Counted from the first letter of the whole stretch, positions 24,201-35,855 are shown. The stretch is DNA of 63,899 bases, filler included, from Aduncisulcus paluster (GCA_024181965.1; 19 parts of 19 records of this genome joined end to end with filler, not necessarily neighbours in it); one strand, 5' to 3'. Translations and numbers: made by a program. Notes: a model not told the origin generated them from the sequence alone.

Positions 24201-26613
24201 TCAATGAACATAATCCAGATATTCTGAAGATATACTCAACCCCTCCGTCTAATTTGGCAAGTTGATCAAGATTCTTCCTCACAGAATCCAAAGGAAAGAA
24301 CAACAGACTGGCTTCAATGTTACTTTTCTCTCCCACCCATTCTTTCTGAGAGATGTCAAATGTTCCACATAATAATTTGACACAGACCGATTGAAGCAAG
24401 TAACAAAGATCCCTCGGATTTAGACTCCAAGTGTCATCGTTGGTCACAAGGATCTTTGTTAATCTGGAGAAAGGAATGGTCACACGCTGTGTTCCACTCA
24501 GAGATACATGAATAAGGGAAAAGAAATAGAAATACCTCACATAGGCACCTTCTCCACGCTTTTTTAAGATCTGTGAGAAGGAAATGAGACGTTGGAGTGA
24601 AGAATGACTAAAAATACGGAGCACATTCACACCACCGGGGGATAAACCAAGAATGCTCACACATAACAATGAGAGCGTTGCACATCCTTCCTCAATTGTA
24701 TCCAGATCATCCTGGTTGATCTCAAGGCCAAGCACAGTATTTCGACACGTGTTTGTAATGCATGACACAATACTCTCGCAAATATATACAAGTTTTTCAC
24801 ACAACGATTTATCTTGAAGACCTTGTGCTGCACGTGGAAGAATAACATTAACTAAAAAGATTGATATAACTCGAAGAGCAGGGATAAGAACGTTGGAAAA
24901 GACGGGAACGGATCGAAATGCACCAATGCTCATCGAATTTCGAATTTCTGATCCATCTCGCTTTGAAAAGCCAGCGGAAATTGATCTCTGAGAGGAAGAA
25001 TCACGATGAAATGGTGATATTGAGGATGATTTCTGTGTCACATGAGCAATCTCTCCAAAAATAGAAGTGAGAAACTGTGAGAATGCATCGAAAGCTTCTG
25101 ATTCCGTTGATGTTTGAAAGCGTTTCCCATGTCTCCTCATGTTTGAAGATAGAACAACTCCAGGAACACATTGACTGAGCTTGGTCCTATCGATCATTGG
25201 GAGGGGTCTCTTTGATTGTGCCTGAAGGATTGGGGTTGTGTCTTGGAAAGCTGATTTCATCGGATCTTTCTTGCTTTCCTTGTGTTCATGAAGAGTTGGA
25301 TCAAAGAAAAGAGTAGCATTGTCACTTCTATTGAGATTCATTGCATCAATACTGAGAATGCCCTCCTCCTCTTCCTCCTCCTCTTCTTCTTCATCAGATT
25401 CTTCCTCTTCTTCCTCTTCTGCTTCTTCTCTTTCCTTTTCTTCTCCTTTTTCTTGGAATCTTCCCAAGGCAGGAGGCTGTGCAACATCTCTATTTTTATC
25501 TCTTTCCTCATCGAACAATGGAACAGGAGGGGAAGGAGGCATATCATACTGTTCATCTTCATCCTCTTCCCCTTTGCTGACAGAGTAGATATCGCTTGTC
25601 TGACCTTCGATACCTCCGCCAAGAGAGAAGTTCTTGGCAAAGTGGATCTCTGCTTTTGATTGTGGTTTTTCTCCCCTTTTCCGAAGCCTTCCTTTCTTGA
25701 TGAGTGTTCGTTTAATCTCTTCCTCGCTTTCTTTCTTCTTGAGCATCGCTTCCCGCCATACAGCCGCTTCTTCCATTGTACAACCCATTCCAACATCTCC
25801 AAATCCCATTCCAACCTTCTTTAATAAGATGTGATCCACGCCTGACATCCAAATATTATGGTGAGACGAAGCACCAGAGAGGAGGACAGTGCAACGAACA
25901 AGGGTGGCAAAATGAGATGTAGTCAACTCGTCAATGTGTGATAAACTCAGCTTTAATAAGCACTCAAGTAAAAGGGATGATCGGAGACCAGGGGAGAATA
26001 ATTTTGATATAACTGTGAGAGGAAGATCTTTAAGGAAAAAGATGAGAAAATCAAAGAATATCGAAAGTTTAGGGGATCGTTTAGCAGATATTTCCTGGAG
26101 GTCCCACCACGATGCATATTCTTTTATGTAAGTATGCGTGTTCGTGTCGGTTCCAATCACTTTTTTAACATTCTTCTTCCCCAGTGTTTCGAGAAGCTGT
26201 CCAAGAAGATGACATGCTCCAGTTGGGAATAAAACAACGGAAAGAGGCTGAATGGTGACTATTTTAGCTATTTGAAGAATCTTAACAAACATTGAATCCA
26301 TCGAATCACCAGAGGCACATTGAACAATAAATATTCCAACATCTCCAAGTAAAACAAGTTCTGATGCCGATTGAACAATAATTGCATCCTGAATCCACTG
26401 TAAAAATATATGAAAATACTCTTTGACTATTCTTTTTTGAACTATATCCGGAAGCCATTTCAGTCCTGTAGAAATTCTTTGCATCTCCTTTTTTCGTTCA
26501 GATAATGACGGAAGTGAAGGTAATCGTTCCAATAAACATGCGATACATATAATATTACCTCGAATCCTAGAATAATACAGAGAAGGATGTTGACATCGTG
26601 ATAAAAAATCCAT
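21292..26613 (-). CDS. Large hypothetical alpha-helical protein (~1770 aa) with acidic insertions
   Basis: Uninterrupted ORF of more than 5 kb; likely start is MDFLSRCQH at 26613; no family recognised. Confidence 0.8.
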   Translation of the reverse strand: MDFLSRCQHPSLYYSRIRGNIICIACLLERLPSLPSLSERKKEMQRISTGLKWLPDIVQKRIVKEYFHIFLQWIQDAIIVQSASELVLLGDVGIFIVQCASGDSMDSMFVKILQIAKIVTIQPLSVVLFPTGACHLLGQLLETLGKKNVKKVIGTDTNTHTYIKEYASWWDLQEISAKRSPKLSIFFDFLIFFLKDLPLTVISKLFSPGLRSSLLLECLLKLSLSHIDELTTSHFATLVRCTVLLSGASSHHNIWMSGVDHILLKKVGMGFGDVGMGCTMEEAAVWREAMLKKKESEEEIKRTLIKKGRLRKRGEKPQSKAEIHFAKNFSLGGGIEGQTSDIYSVSKGEEDEDEQYDMPPSPPVPLFDEERDKNRDVAQPPALGRFQEKGEEKEREEAEEEEEEESDEEEEEEEEEEGILSIDAMNLNRSDNATLFFDPTLHEHKESKKDPMKSAFQDTTPILQAQSKRPLPMIDRTKLSQCVPGVVLSSNMRRHGKRFQTSTESEAFDAFSQFLTSIFGEIAHVTQKSSSISPFHRDSSSQRSISAGFSKRDGSEIRNSMSIGAFRSVPVFSNVLIPALRVISIFLVNVILPRAAQGLQDKSLCEKLVYICESIVSCITNTCRNTVLGLEINQDDLDTIEEGCATLSLLCVSILGLSPGGVNVLRIFSHSSLQRLISFSQILKKRGEGAYVRYFYFFSLIHVSLSGTQRVTIPFSRLTKILVTNDDTWSLNPRDLCYLLQSVCVKLLCGTFDISQKEWVGEKSNIEASLLFFPLDSVRKNLDQLAKLDGGVEYIFRISGLCSLIASFLVKHSYHSLPSWICSHSYSTIRQRSVKRLDSGTKEGKDHDEEEDDRGTKLKQDHKGKLKGKLGEEDAEEQSLSSKKTKDGTISIIPAVVEGKTIDNKSLQEHIQEKLKNSSFYSQANIVLYVEHLYQCYGIASISEEDMISLCRAQILLRNAMFYFTEAVHISAIPHKQNTNENILGPWLSFSAALISFMVRNVDLYHFLKYEEHMVLQEKMVEICRELNPSIKLFVHTVEVLEAKLIGTLSTAQKRVLENEEMMLFLFDTTIETAQVSAANSKIHWKDGLRLLTEITTFLAHSIPIMMLPEFCVIDSSDPSLIFSHDQKQDSRTPVDNFLLDLEKHRNGVHMFSGFMRLFAHIITYLTGSSLKSFNCRLSCFTISLILFSPHLNLLHYQTLSDDCIYFHQKYSEAQLVLDGYFSYLFCPESISSIQRLLTADISSSEFEKKMAKASSSSSRTRTAISSVAMSALDSAYSDFVFSFLMCMNESSIYKHETAIKNNMFYVNNLLITAVMKQRSDHFYYSFEEVLMARKDPIIMEYLQIFSSFVGRETIGNLMYFVFTGVLRDPLLVDSIFNVICALPLTNCCILFLSVEKKMAVSTIISALFNKAEEILKSPPEKITFLSLCFLERVLTIAQFLHEETHGQYSDSVAVYQKFLRISEISLRELANSLSSLDPVICLPLCRSVVRFLTSCVPQHLHLEPLCFSSLVVMNRFIHIVHGFVLQACCPNNDPHGRHFDSNGDQIPFSSSSSSTLVNTIPILPHCDAIFDILNFILYKLSRSADSTVDVSSKALVCEMLSAVAPYIPIPSRVHQKIVDACASMLALAALLFDGEGKHIVGFCHPRLKPLSLLIEVLSVLRKKTMDYSALFMLFAVCSSKLSAVLRVEQTQVLPSCSSDMKKETIEVPQKDALFQLEFVDNDAYNIYLLCLKLLLNDNGTLLGSVAIDELQGLKFMGKGVSFSKHIIRYFQL

Positions 26614-27676
26614 TATTATTATTGACAAAAAACAGCTTTTTTGAAATATATAAATATATAAACAAATAAAAGGGTGTGATAAAATGTGAGACAACTAAAT
26701 GTTTGATCTGAGCACGAAAAAAGAGATTAATGGAAGATAACAGGGGATAAATTTTTTGAAAAAGATGACCGTTGAAGGATATTAGTGGAATAATATTAAA
26801 TCGATCCACAATCTCATAAATATCGATCGAGGGTTTCAACTGTAATTTGTCAAAGATGCCTCTCGTGGATGAAGGTATTACGGATTAAAAACGTAATTTG
26901 TAAGAATAATTTTCAATAATTCTTATCATAATATGATATTACAACGTTATTTCAACAACATTATTTTTAAATCGGTTCATAAATGGGAAAAACCATTTGT
27001 AGATTTTAGAGATCCTAAATCAATTTTCATTTTATCAAATGTTGGATAAAAATTATTTTTATGCAAATATCATGTAAAATATATGGTTGATTGCGGGTAT
27101 TATGCAAAGAAATATGAAAATTAAAAAAATGAGCTGATAATAACAGAGTATGCTTTACTAGTTTTATAATATGTATCATCTTTTCCTATATTTTAAGATT
27201 TCAGGGAATTTTTTCTTTGGAATGTCACCGTGACATCAATTATGAGAAATTGAATTTCAATTTGAAAACTTCCGGAAAAAGTACTTTAATTATATAAATT
27301 GTTTGTAAAAATGAATTGATAATTCTATTTTTTTAATAGAGATTCGAGATTCAAAGTATCAGGTAAGATAACGTCACGAATATTTGAACCAGTCACTCTA
27401 GTTTTATCCATTGTGATAGTTTCTCCATCGGTTTGTCTTACTTTAGCATTGGATATAGTGATATTCATATAATAATCAACTGAAGTTACTGTTCCATGGA
27501 CGGAGGTTCCATTTTTAAGTTCNNNNNNNNNNNNNNNNNNNNTTTTAAGATTTCAGGGAATTTTTTCTTTGGAATGTCACCGTGACATCAATTATGAGAA
27601 ATTGAATTTCAATTTGAAAACTTCCGGAAAAAGTACTTTAATTATATAAATTGTTTGTAAAAATGAATTGATAATT

Positions 27677-28063
27677 CTATTTTTTTAATAGAGATTCGAG
27701 ATTCAAAGTATCAGGTAAGATAACGTCACGAATATTTGAACCAGTCACTCTAGTTTTATCCATTGTGATAGTTTCTCCATCGGTTTGTCTTACTTTAGCA
27801 TTGGATATAGTGATATTCATATAATAATCAACTGAAGTTACTGTTCCATGGACGGAGGTTCCATTTTTAAGTTCCACGGTAACTGTCTCGCCACGAAGTT
27901 GTTGAAGAAATCTAAATAATAAAATTACCACAATAATATTGTTTTGATAAATAGCGTTATTATAAAATGATAATGGCAATCACAAGAAGGTGATGAGTCA
28001 AATAATCGTAAAAATTACTTTAAAAATATAAAAGAATGTGAATACATACTTAACTATTTTCAT
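27677..28063 (-). CDS. SNRPD1: Spliceosomal core protein Sm D1; intron 27912-28049
   Basis: Spliced product [33 protein letters not shown]..MN...GSNIRDVILPDTLNLESLL matches SmD1. A partial overlap copy sits before the N-gap (about 27191-27522). Confidence 0.9.
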
Positions 28064-28277
28064 AATACCAAAAAAATGTCTATTATTTTTTGAATATAGA
28101 TCCAAAACAGACATACCACTATCTTTTCCATAATTGTCGAATTAAGTGGTAAATATTTGATATTTTTATAAATATGAAAATAAAAGACAGACTAAACATT
28201 GTTTAATTGCTAAACTTGAGATTTTAAGTGAATCTTCTGGATTGCAAAACTTTTTCCGCAATATCTTGTGGTATCAA

Positions 28278-29582
28278 ATGCCGCTCATCTGTTTTACCTC
28301 TTTATTTTTTTCAGAAATTCAATATTTTCTGTTTTTAAAGCAAAAAGATGACGGAATATATATAGCTCTTGATTGCCAAGATGAAGAGGCGCATTGGCAT
28401 AGAAATTGTAGCAAACGGGATGTAGAGGATATTATTTGTAAAATAACACCACTTTTAACTTTTGAGAACTTCTGTCAAATGCTTTTTGATGCAGTTAAAG
28501 GAGATAGTGAAGTCACCTTGGATTGCAAAACACTTGGAGATTTTCAATCGATAGCTTCCACCAAAGATCCAAAAGTTGCGAGTGAATTGTCTTCAATAGC
28601 CCCCGAAAAGCAAACAGCCCGATATCTCGTTCTTTCGTGTCATTCAAAGCATCTAAAAGCACACTATCCAATTCGTCTTGATTCGGGAAATCCATCGCCG
28701 AGTTTCATTCGACAATTCCTAAAATATACAAAAATTTCAAAAGAAAACGAGATCAAAGAATTAAAACAAAAAATGGCACAGCTTATTGACCGTTTGGCGG
28801 AAAAAGAAAAATCAGAAAGTGAATTGAGAGATTCTTCAAAACATATTCGGGACCACTTTTCTCATAAATCGGACGTTATCGAAGCCTCAATGAAAGACCT
28901 TGAAGCATCAGTTGTTACACTGACTGAAGAAAACAAGGCACTTAAAGAGAAATTACGGAGTTCCAAGAGACAAATAGCAGCCCAAAAGGCCAAAATATCA
29001 TCGTTACGTCTCTCCAATACATCGTTTCACTCAAGTACTCGTGCAAGGTCTCCTGCTCGACCTTCTTATTCCCCCCGAAGAGTCGATTCTAGGGTGTCAT
29101 ATTCTCCTAGAAGGCGCAAACGAGAACCTCAACCGGTGTCTCGAGAAGATTCTTCTTTTCGCCGGTCATCATATCGTCGTTCAGCTTCGCCTATCACCAC
29201 TCCTCGAAGAAGCTTGAGTGCTGATCGAGATAGGTCATCCAGAGTCGGTCGCCGCTCGGCATCTCCAAGGCCAAGATTTGATCCAACAGAATATATTCAG
29301 GAAAAACGCAAGAAAGAAGCAACCCTTCGCCGGAAAAGAGAACAGAAAGAACAATATGACGGATCTAGAAATAGAAGTCGAATCAGTCGTAGTCCGTCCC
29401 CAGTGCGCCTGTCAAGATCTCCTTCGCCTCGAAATCATTTTAAAAGTCAACGAAAGTCAAGTATAAGAAAATCCCATTCTCATAAACACCCCAAATCATC
29501 TGAAGAACAAGTTCCTGATATCTTGGTAAAAATGAACCTCTTGGAATCCATGCTTTCTGGTGCTCTTCATAAGAAAGAATGA
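28278..29582 (+). CDS. CCDC61: CCDC61/VFL3-like basal-body coiled-coil protein
   Basis: Head domain FENFCQMLFDAV...VTLD...RYLVL...AHYPIRL, a coiled coil, an R/S-rich region and the conserved PRFDPTEYI motif. Confidence 0.82.
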   Translation: MPLICFTSLFFSEIQYFLFLKQKDDGIYIALDCQDEEAHWHRNCSKRDVEDIICKITPLLTFENFCQMLFDAVKGDSEVTLDCKTLGDFQSIASTKDPKVASELSSIAPEKQTARYLVLSCHSKHLKAHYPIRLDSGNPSPSFIRQFLKYTKISKENEIKELKQKMAQLIDRLAEKEKSESELRDSSKHIRDHFSHKSDVIEASMKDLEASVVTLTEENKALKEKLRSSKRQIAAQKAKISSLRLSNTSFHSSTRARSPARPSYSPRRVDSRVSYSPRRRKREPQPVSREDSSFRRSSYRRSASPITTPRRSLSADRDRSSRVGRRSASPRPRFDPTEYIQEKRKKEATLRRKREQKEQYDGSRNRSRISRSPSPVRLSRSPSPRNHFKSQRKSSIRKSHSHKHPKSSEEQVPDILVKMNLLESMLSGALHKKE

Positions 29583-29718
29583 ATTATCATATGTTGAATA
29601 TTTTACATTTTATGATCTATCATCAGTATTAATTTGCAAAGTTTCAAACATTATATTATTTTCGAAATCAAAATAAAAATTTATTGAAAATGAAATTCAA
29701 AATGACCAATCAAATTGA

Positions 29719-30123
29719 TTATTCCTCACCAGCAAGGACAATCTCCACAGTTGGAACAAGAGCAACTGCTTCAGCATATGTGGGAGTTAAAGTCAGAACA
29801 GGATCATCTTTAGCCTCATCAATTGCTTTTTTGAGATCTGCTAAACCGCGATCCAATCTTAAAAATGTATTTTCAACCATAGATTTGCTCTCAGCAGCAA
29901 CAGCTTTTTGTTGACCTGCTCTTGGGTTTTTATCCCTAACATATGCCTCATATTTTTCTGTTTCTTTAACCACTTCTTCTTTGTACATTTCTAATTCCTT
30001 GGAAGTTCTAAATAATCATTTGTCAAATAATTTTCCAATCCAAGTCAAGAAAACAAAAATATTGACAAAAACATACCTTTTAACAACTCCAATTCTAATT
30101 TTCAATTTCCTTTCATCGATCAT
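29719..30123 (-). CDS. TBCA: Tubulin-binding cofactor A; intron 30008-30076
   Basis: Spliced product MIDERKLKIRIGVVKRTSKELEMYKEEV...QQKAVAAESKSMV...RL matches the TBCA pattern. Confidence 0.9.
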
Positions 30124-30420
30124 TTCTGTAATGTTATGCAAATGAATGAATTTTTTTTGTGCATTTCATGTTTTTGAGTTTACGTATATTTTTTAATAAA
30201 CATCACATTCATTTGAGTATGTTACTCTGAAATCAACAAAATTTTATTTTATTAAAGTTATACAAACGCCCAATCCAACTCTACAGATTCAAGTTGCATC
30301 AAAGTAGATCAAAAACAAATTATATTTAAATAGTAAAAACATCTCATGTATATAAACCAAAATGAATAATATATTGTGTAAAAATTAAACAAAAATCATT
30401 GTTGGTGAAATCGTAGGTAT

Positions 30421-32275
30421 CTATTTTTCTTCCCAATCATCTTCAGCGGGATCACTGAATTCATGGTATAGATTCTCACCTGCAGGAATGGGATCATACC
30501 AAGCAAGTCCCTTTGGGATGGTCTCAAGTTTAACACCCATTCTCAGAGAGAAATCATGTTCGGACATCACTGTCAAAACTCCCATATCAGTCACACCTTC
30601 GGGGAATCCAGCAAGAACCTCAATTCTGATGGTACATTTGACCTTAGAGAAGCGCTCAGGAATGACGAAATACTCATACTCGCTAAAACAATCGGTCCAG
30701 TTAGTTCTGGAAGGATTTGGTTCCCAACCAGTTACAATTGTGAGACGAATCTTGGTCGGAATCCTTTCAACGGGGGTCACGGCCTTTGGGGTAACCTCAT
30801 AGATCACAACAAATCTCTTTCCATCGGGGAAGGATTCGGCAGAAGCTGGGACATCCAACCAAACGGAAGAATTTCCCTCAACCATGCTGGCAATATGACA
30901 GATCATCCTCTGAGAGTGAGGGAATTGATCTGGGAAGAGACATCCTTCCATATCAGTGAAATACTTGGCATAATCGTAGAACTCCATGTAGAACACACCA
31001 TCGTTGGCAGAAGTGTGTCCAAGAAGGTCTCGAAGAGTACGACCATCACCGAGATCCTCCCCCCAAGCACTGTCGCTATCGGTGAAGTGTCCCGTATACT
31101 CTCCTTTAGAACCCCAAGGATTCATGAGTTTGACAAGGCGCAAAGTGGTACGATATGGTCTCNNNNNNNNNNNNNNNNNNNNGAGGGAATTGATCTGGGA
31201 AGAGACATCCTTCCATATCAGTGAAATACTTGGCATAATCGTAGAACTCCATGTAGAACACACCATCGTTGGCAGAAGTGTGTCCAAGAAGGTCTCGAAG
31301 AGTACGACCATCACCGAGATCCTCCCCCCAAGCACTGTCGCTATCGGTGAAGTGTCCCGTATACTCTCCTTTAGAACCCCAAGGATTCATGAGTTTGACA
31401 AGGCGCAAAGTGGTACGATATGGTCTCCATTTAGGAGGAATATTATCTCCAGAGAGAGATATAACATCCAAAACACCGTATGAATGATCTGATATTAATC
31501 CACATTCTTCTTCATCAGTTCCACCAGCAAAAACACCACGACCGTTCTTGAGAACCATACGCATGAAACCAAATAAACGCTTTGGATCATCTAAATATGG
31601 GGGAGAACGAAGAGGGACACCTCCTGTGAGCATGGCGAGAGCAACACTGGGTTTACCACCACACAATTTGTCATACCCTCCATACAACTTGGCAGCAGCC
31701 TTTTCGATCATAGCAAGCCATGTTTCACGAGGGTCTTTACACATAGCACAAATAGGAGTCCAAGTGTCGACTAATTTTTGTCCTTGAGCATTCAAAACAT
31801 AATCACCAGATTCGTCACGTTTGTATTCATCAGGTTTAATGGCAATGCGTTTATCAATAGGAATATATATGGGCTTTCCCAAAACATGAAGACGTACAAC
31901 AACTCTATTACTTCCTGCTTCCTCAGGGAAGAAACGTTTGAGAAGTCGAGGTTGTTGACAACAAACAAGGATGGAGGCAAGAAGCCAACAATCACCAAGA
32001 GATCCTTGTTCAACGTCCGAGGTTGTGATACCATCTTTTATCAAGTATCCTCCAGGCATCTCAAACCAATAGATCTTTCCCCAGGTCTTTTCTCCAATTT
32101 CAGCAGCCTTCTCTCCAAAGGCAGCATCACCGCTAGAAAAGACAGGATCAGAATAAGTTCCACTCATGGAGGAAAATGGGGTGAATTGAGCATCTGTAGC
32201 ATGAAGCTTGGCATAACGCTCTAATCTTCTTTCTAAACATCCAACATTACTTGCGAAAGCAGTGGGAGTTGGCAT
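30421..32275 (-). CDS. Calpain-family (C2) cysteine protease, non-classical; interrupted by a scaffold gap with duplicated overlap
   Basis: QGSLGDCW (Cys), DHSYGVL (His), NPWG (Asn), EKAAAKLYGGY and DGVFYM; no EF-hand region seen. Confidence 0.92.
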
Positions 32276-32700
32276 TTTTGCTGTTTTTTTTGGAGTAAAA
32301 TAGTGTTTAACGAAGAAACGCAAGAACTTCAAGTTCAGAAAGTTTCTATTATTTTCCCAGACCATTTCTGCTTTCAAAAACCTATCTTTCAAAGAGTTAT
32401 TCAAAAAAATTATATACCATTTGTTTTTATTGATTTTTTTTTCATTGATTCTCCATTTTTGCAACACTGTTGCGATGGCATCATCATTCAGTGCTCGGAA
32501 CAACTTAAAATAAAATGAATAAAAAAATTAAATAGTTTATTGGTTTTTTCGAGATTAATCAATGCAGAAGATATCAAATTTGAAGTATTAGAGCATCTGA
32601 GTTGAACTCACAGAAGTTTCTTCCATAATGATCATTCAGAGTGCATGTCATAATAATTTAATCGTATTTGAAGGGAATTCAACGATTGAAACAAGGTTTT

Positions 32701-33384
32701 CTACACAACCATCTCTTTCAAGTCACTTTCTTCGGTTTCTTCTTCTTCGGGTTTTGATTGAGAATCTTGTTCTTTCTCAATTCTTGCTTTTTCTAAAGCC
32801 TTTCTCCTCTGTTCAATTCTCATCTTTCTCTTGTGTTTAATTTCCTTTCTCTGGTCGGGAGTACCGAAATAAAGAAAGACCTCTTCCATAATAATATTCA
32901 GGGTTCTAAGCTCAGGCTTCAAGACCTCAAATACCCACATCCCACGGGGATCTTTTTTGGTGACAAGAGTCAATTCTTGAGATTTTGGATTGATTTTAGA
33001 GGGGAATATAACAAACTTTTCGATTTCTTCCAACCTAAACTTAAGTCCCCTTCCACGCTTTCTGAATCTGCCTAAAAACTTGGGGAAAAGGGTACTTTTA
33101 ATGATAACGGTGGATTCTTTCCGATTCTTTGGGTCGATAATAAATTCAATAGATTCGCTAACAGGACCAGCAAATGATATATAAATCACCTCTAATGCAC
33201 CAATTACTGGCACAACAAGAAGTTGAGGGACAAAAATATCAAAGGCAAAGTGAAGAAAAGGCATTCCTATTACAATCAGAAGTAACAAGATAAAAATAAA
33301 ATATCTATACGTTACTGATTGTCTTACGGAACATTTAAAATAATTTTGGTCATATTTTAAAGAAACATCAAGTGGATTTCCCAT
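32701..33384 (-). CDS. Two-TM protein, PIG-H/Gpi15-like (GPI-GlcNAc transferase subunit)
   Basis: Two N-terminal hydrophobic helices, then VSESIEFII...IEKFVI...VFEVLKPELRTL, which resembles the PIG-H domain; divergent. Confidence 0.5.
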   Translation of the reverse strand: MGNPLDVSLKYDQNYFKCSVRQSVTYRYFIFILLLLIVIGMPFLHFAFDIFVPQLLVVPVIGALEVIYISFAGPVSESIEFIIDPKNRKESTVIIKSTLFPKFLGRFRKRGRGLKFRLEEIEKFVIFPSKINPKSQELTLVTKKDPRGMWVFEVLKPELRTLNIIMEEVFLYFGTPDQRKEIKHKRKMRIEQRRKALEKARIEKEQDSQSKPEEEETEESDLKEMVV

Positions 33385-33742
33385 GATTGAAATCAAAAGT
33401 GTAATTATTTATTCAAATAATTGATTGGAAGATAAATATAAAATATCGTCGGAAAATTAATTCTCATCCTTTTTTTAGCGGTTATCTTACGATATATTTG
33501 CTCAATTGAGGGTGGGGAAGACTTCGAACTGTTTCTTGTGGAGCGAATTCCTATTCTTACTATTAATTAATCTATTTCCTGTTTATTTTAAGGCAGCATT
33601 TTTAAAAAATAATATCAGAAATCATTTTTCTTCTTTCTATCAAAACACACTAATTCTAAAAATAGCCTGGCTCATCATCATCACCTAATGTGTTTTCCAT
33701 TCATTCGAAATATTATCCGATCGTCCAGAGTTAATTTTGATC

Positions 33743-34408
33743 ATGGAATCTGCTAGCTTCGATAAACCCGTTGATCTTCCTCCTGTTTCCATCCTTGAAG
33801 AGCGTTATCCCATTCTGAAACATATGATGACCATTCTTCGTGACAAGACAACAGATGTTGCTGGTTTCCGTGAGACTCTGAAGAAAATTGGATATATTGT
33901 CGCTGGAGAGGCTACTCGTCCTTTGAAGTCCAAGCCAAAGATGATTGAGACCCCCTTAGCTCCATATGAAGGAACTGAGGCCGCTGAACCACTCACTTTG
34001 GTTCCTATTTTGAGGGCTGGTCTTGGTTTGGCGGGAGGAATGCTTGAAGTTCTTCCTCATGCTCGTGTGAGTCATGTTGGTCTATCTCGTGATGAGAAGA
34101 CTCTTGAACCACACCTTTATTATCAAAAAATCGCTCCCGACACTGCTAGTGGTTTGACTGTCGTTGTTGATCCAATGCTTGCAACTGCCGGAACAGCTTC
34201 TTATGTGATTGATATGCTTAGGAAGAAAGGATGTGATAGACTAGTTTTTGCTTGTATTGTTGCTTCTCCTGAGGGTATCAAGGTTATGCAAACCAAGTTC
34301 CCCGATGTGCCAATTATTGCTGTCGCTTTGGATGATCATTTGAATGATCATGGTTACATCGTCCCAGGACTTGGTGATTGTGGTGATAGATGCTATGGCA
34401 CATTATAA
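33743..34408 (+). CDS. upp: Uracil phosphoribosyltransferase (bacterial Upp-type)
   Basis: VPILRAGLG, HVGLSRDEKTLEP, PRPP motif VVDPMLATAGT and YIVPGLGDCGDR. Confidence 0.95.
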   Translation: MESASFDKPVDLPPVSILEERYPILKHMMTILRDKTTDVAGFRETLKKIGYIVAGEATRPLKSKPKMIETPLAPYEGTEAAEPLTLVPILRAGLGLAGGMLEVLPHARVSHVGLSRDEKTLEPHLYYQKIAPDTASGLTVVVDPMLATAGTASYVIDMLRKKGCDRLVFACIVASPEGIKVMQTKFPDVPIIAVALDDHLNDHGYIVPGLGDCGDRCYGTL

Positions 34409-34697
34409 CCTGTGATTTAGTGTTAATTTTTAATGTTTATGATATTTATTTATCAATAAAGTTTTTACACTTCAATATTATCGAGGTATCCACCTTTTTT
34501 CGAACGCCAAGCTCGAATGCTGGCATTGGTGAAAGTAATGAATAAATATTTGTATGATTCCAACAGGCACATAATTATAGCCTATAATATTCCATAATCA
34601 TTCGAACTCAGTGAGAAATATGTTTGATTTTGGAAGTTCAACAGAAAGTTGTAAAAAGTTCGATCTTGTTTGCATAGATAAATAGTTTAATTATAAA

Positions 34698-35609
34698 ATG
34701 GTGGATATTGATGCTACAATCAAGCATCTTCTTAATACAAAGCATAGCAAGGGAAAATCGGATTTAATACCTGAAAAAGATATTTTTGAAATCCTCGATA
34801 TAGTCAAAGAGATTTTTGTGACACAACCGGCGCTCTTGCAACTTTCTGCTCCAATTAAAATATGTGGAGATATACATGGACAATATTCAGATTTGTTGAG
34901 AATTTTCGAATACAGTGGGTATCCTCCAAGTACAAATTACATTTTCCTTGGGGATTATGTCGATAGAGGGAGAGAGTCGATCGAATGCATTCTTTTATTA
35001 TTATGTTACAAGATAAAATATCCAGAAAACTTTTTTATGCTTCGTGGTAATCACGAAACAAGTTCAATCAACAAAATGTATGGGTTTTATAGTGAGTGCT
35101 TATCGAAATATAATCAACAAATGTGGAAATCCTTTAATATTTGTTTTAATTATCTTCCTTTTGCCGCAGTGATTGAGGATAGAATATTTTGTACTCATGG
35201 TGGATTAAGCCCTGAATTATCTCATATTTCGACAATTGCCGCGACTGAAAGACCCACAGAAGTGGGTGATGCTGGATTATTATGCGATCTTTTATGGTCT
35301 GATCCCCTTGGTTCCACTGTAGGATTTGGAGATAATGATAGGGGATTATCGTATACATTTGGGGCAGATGTTGTGGAAAATTTCCTCACTAACCATGATT
35401 TCGACTTAATTTGTAGGGCCCACCAAGTTGTTGAAGATGGATATGAATTCTTTGCTCGACGTCGATTAGTCACTGTGTTTTCTGCTCCCAAATATTGCAA
35501 TGAGTATGATAATTCTGGTGCTGTCATGAGTATTGATGGAACACTCTCATGTTCTTTCCAAATATTGAAACCCATTGACAGGAGGCCAGATTTTGGCATG
35601 CGTTGGTGA
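34698..35609 (+). CDS. PPP1C: Serine/threonine protein phosphatase PP1 catalytic subunit
   Basis: [36 protein letters not shown] and FSAPKYC. Confidence 0.96.
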   Translation: MVDIDATIKHLLNTKHSKGKSDLIPEKDIFEILDIVKEIFVTQPALLQLSAPIKICGDIHGQYSDLLRIFEYSGYPPSTNYIFLGDYVDRGRESIECILLLLCYKIKYPENFFMLRGNHETSSINKMYGFYSECLSKYNQQMWKSFNICFNYLPFAAVIEDRIFCTHGGLSPELSHISTIAATERPTEVGDAGLLCDLLWSDPLGSTVGFGDNDRGLSYTFGADVVENFLTNHDFDLICRAHQVVEDGYEFFARRRLVTVFSAPKYCNEYDNSGAVMSIDGTLSCSFQILKPIDRRPDFGMRW

Positions 35610-35855
35610 ATCATCACAAAATTCTAGCATTTGTTTAAGATTTGGAGAAAATAAAATAGTTACTTTTCTTATTTATATGGCATTACAACATATTAATTAT
35701 TCCTTTTAAGGTTCTTGATATTACATTGTTTTTCTCGTCCGGAACGGCAACTCATTCGCAATTCAACGTTTTGTCGCTTATCGATCATTTCCAGGCTCGA
35801 TTTTTATTTAATATCCTTCAAATTAGCGTTTCTATATCACATATAATAGGAATAG

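Noticed and set aside
27677-35609. Alternative genetic code (TAA/TAG = Gln, as in hexamitid diplomonads)
   Set aside because: Conserved genes end at or near expected positions with TAA (TBCA, UPRT), TAG (SmD1) and TGA (PP1), and long ORFs have no in-frame stops.
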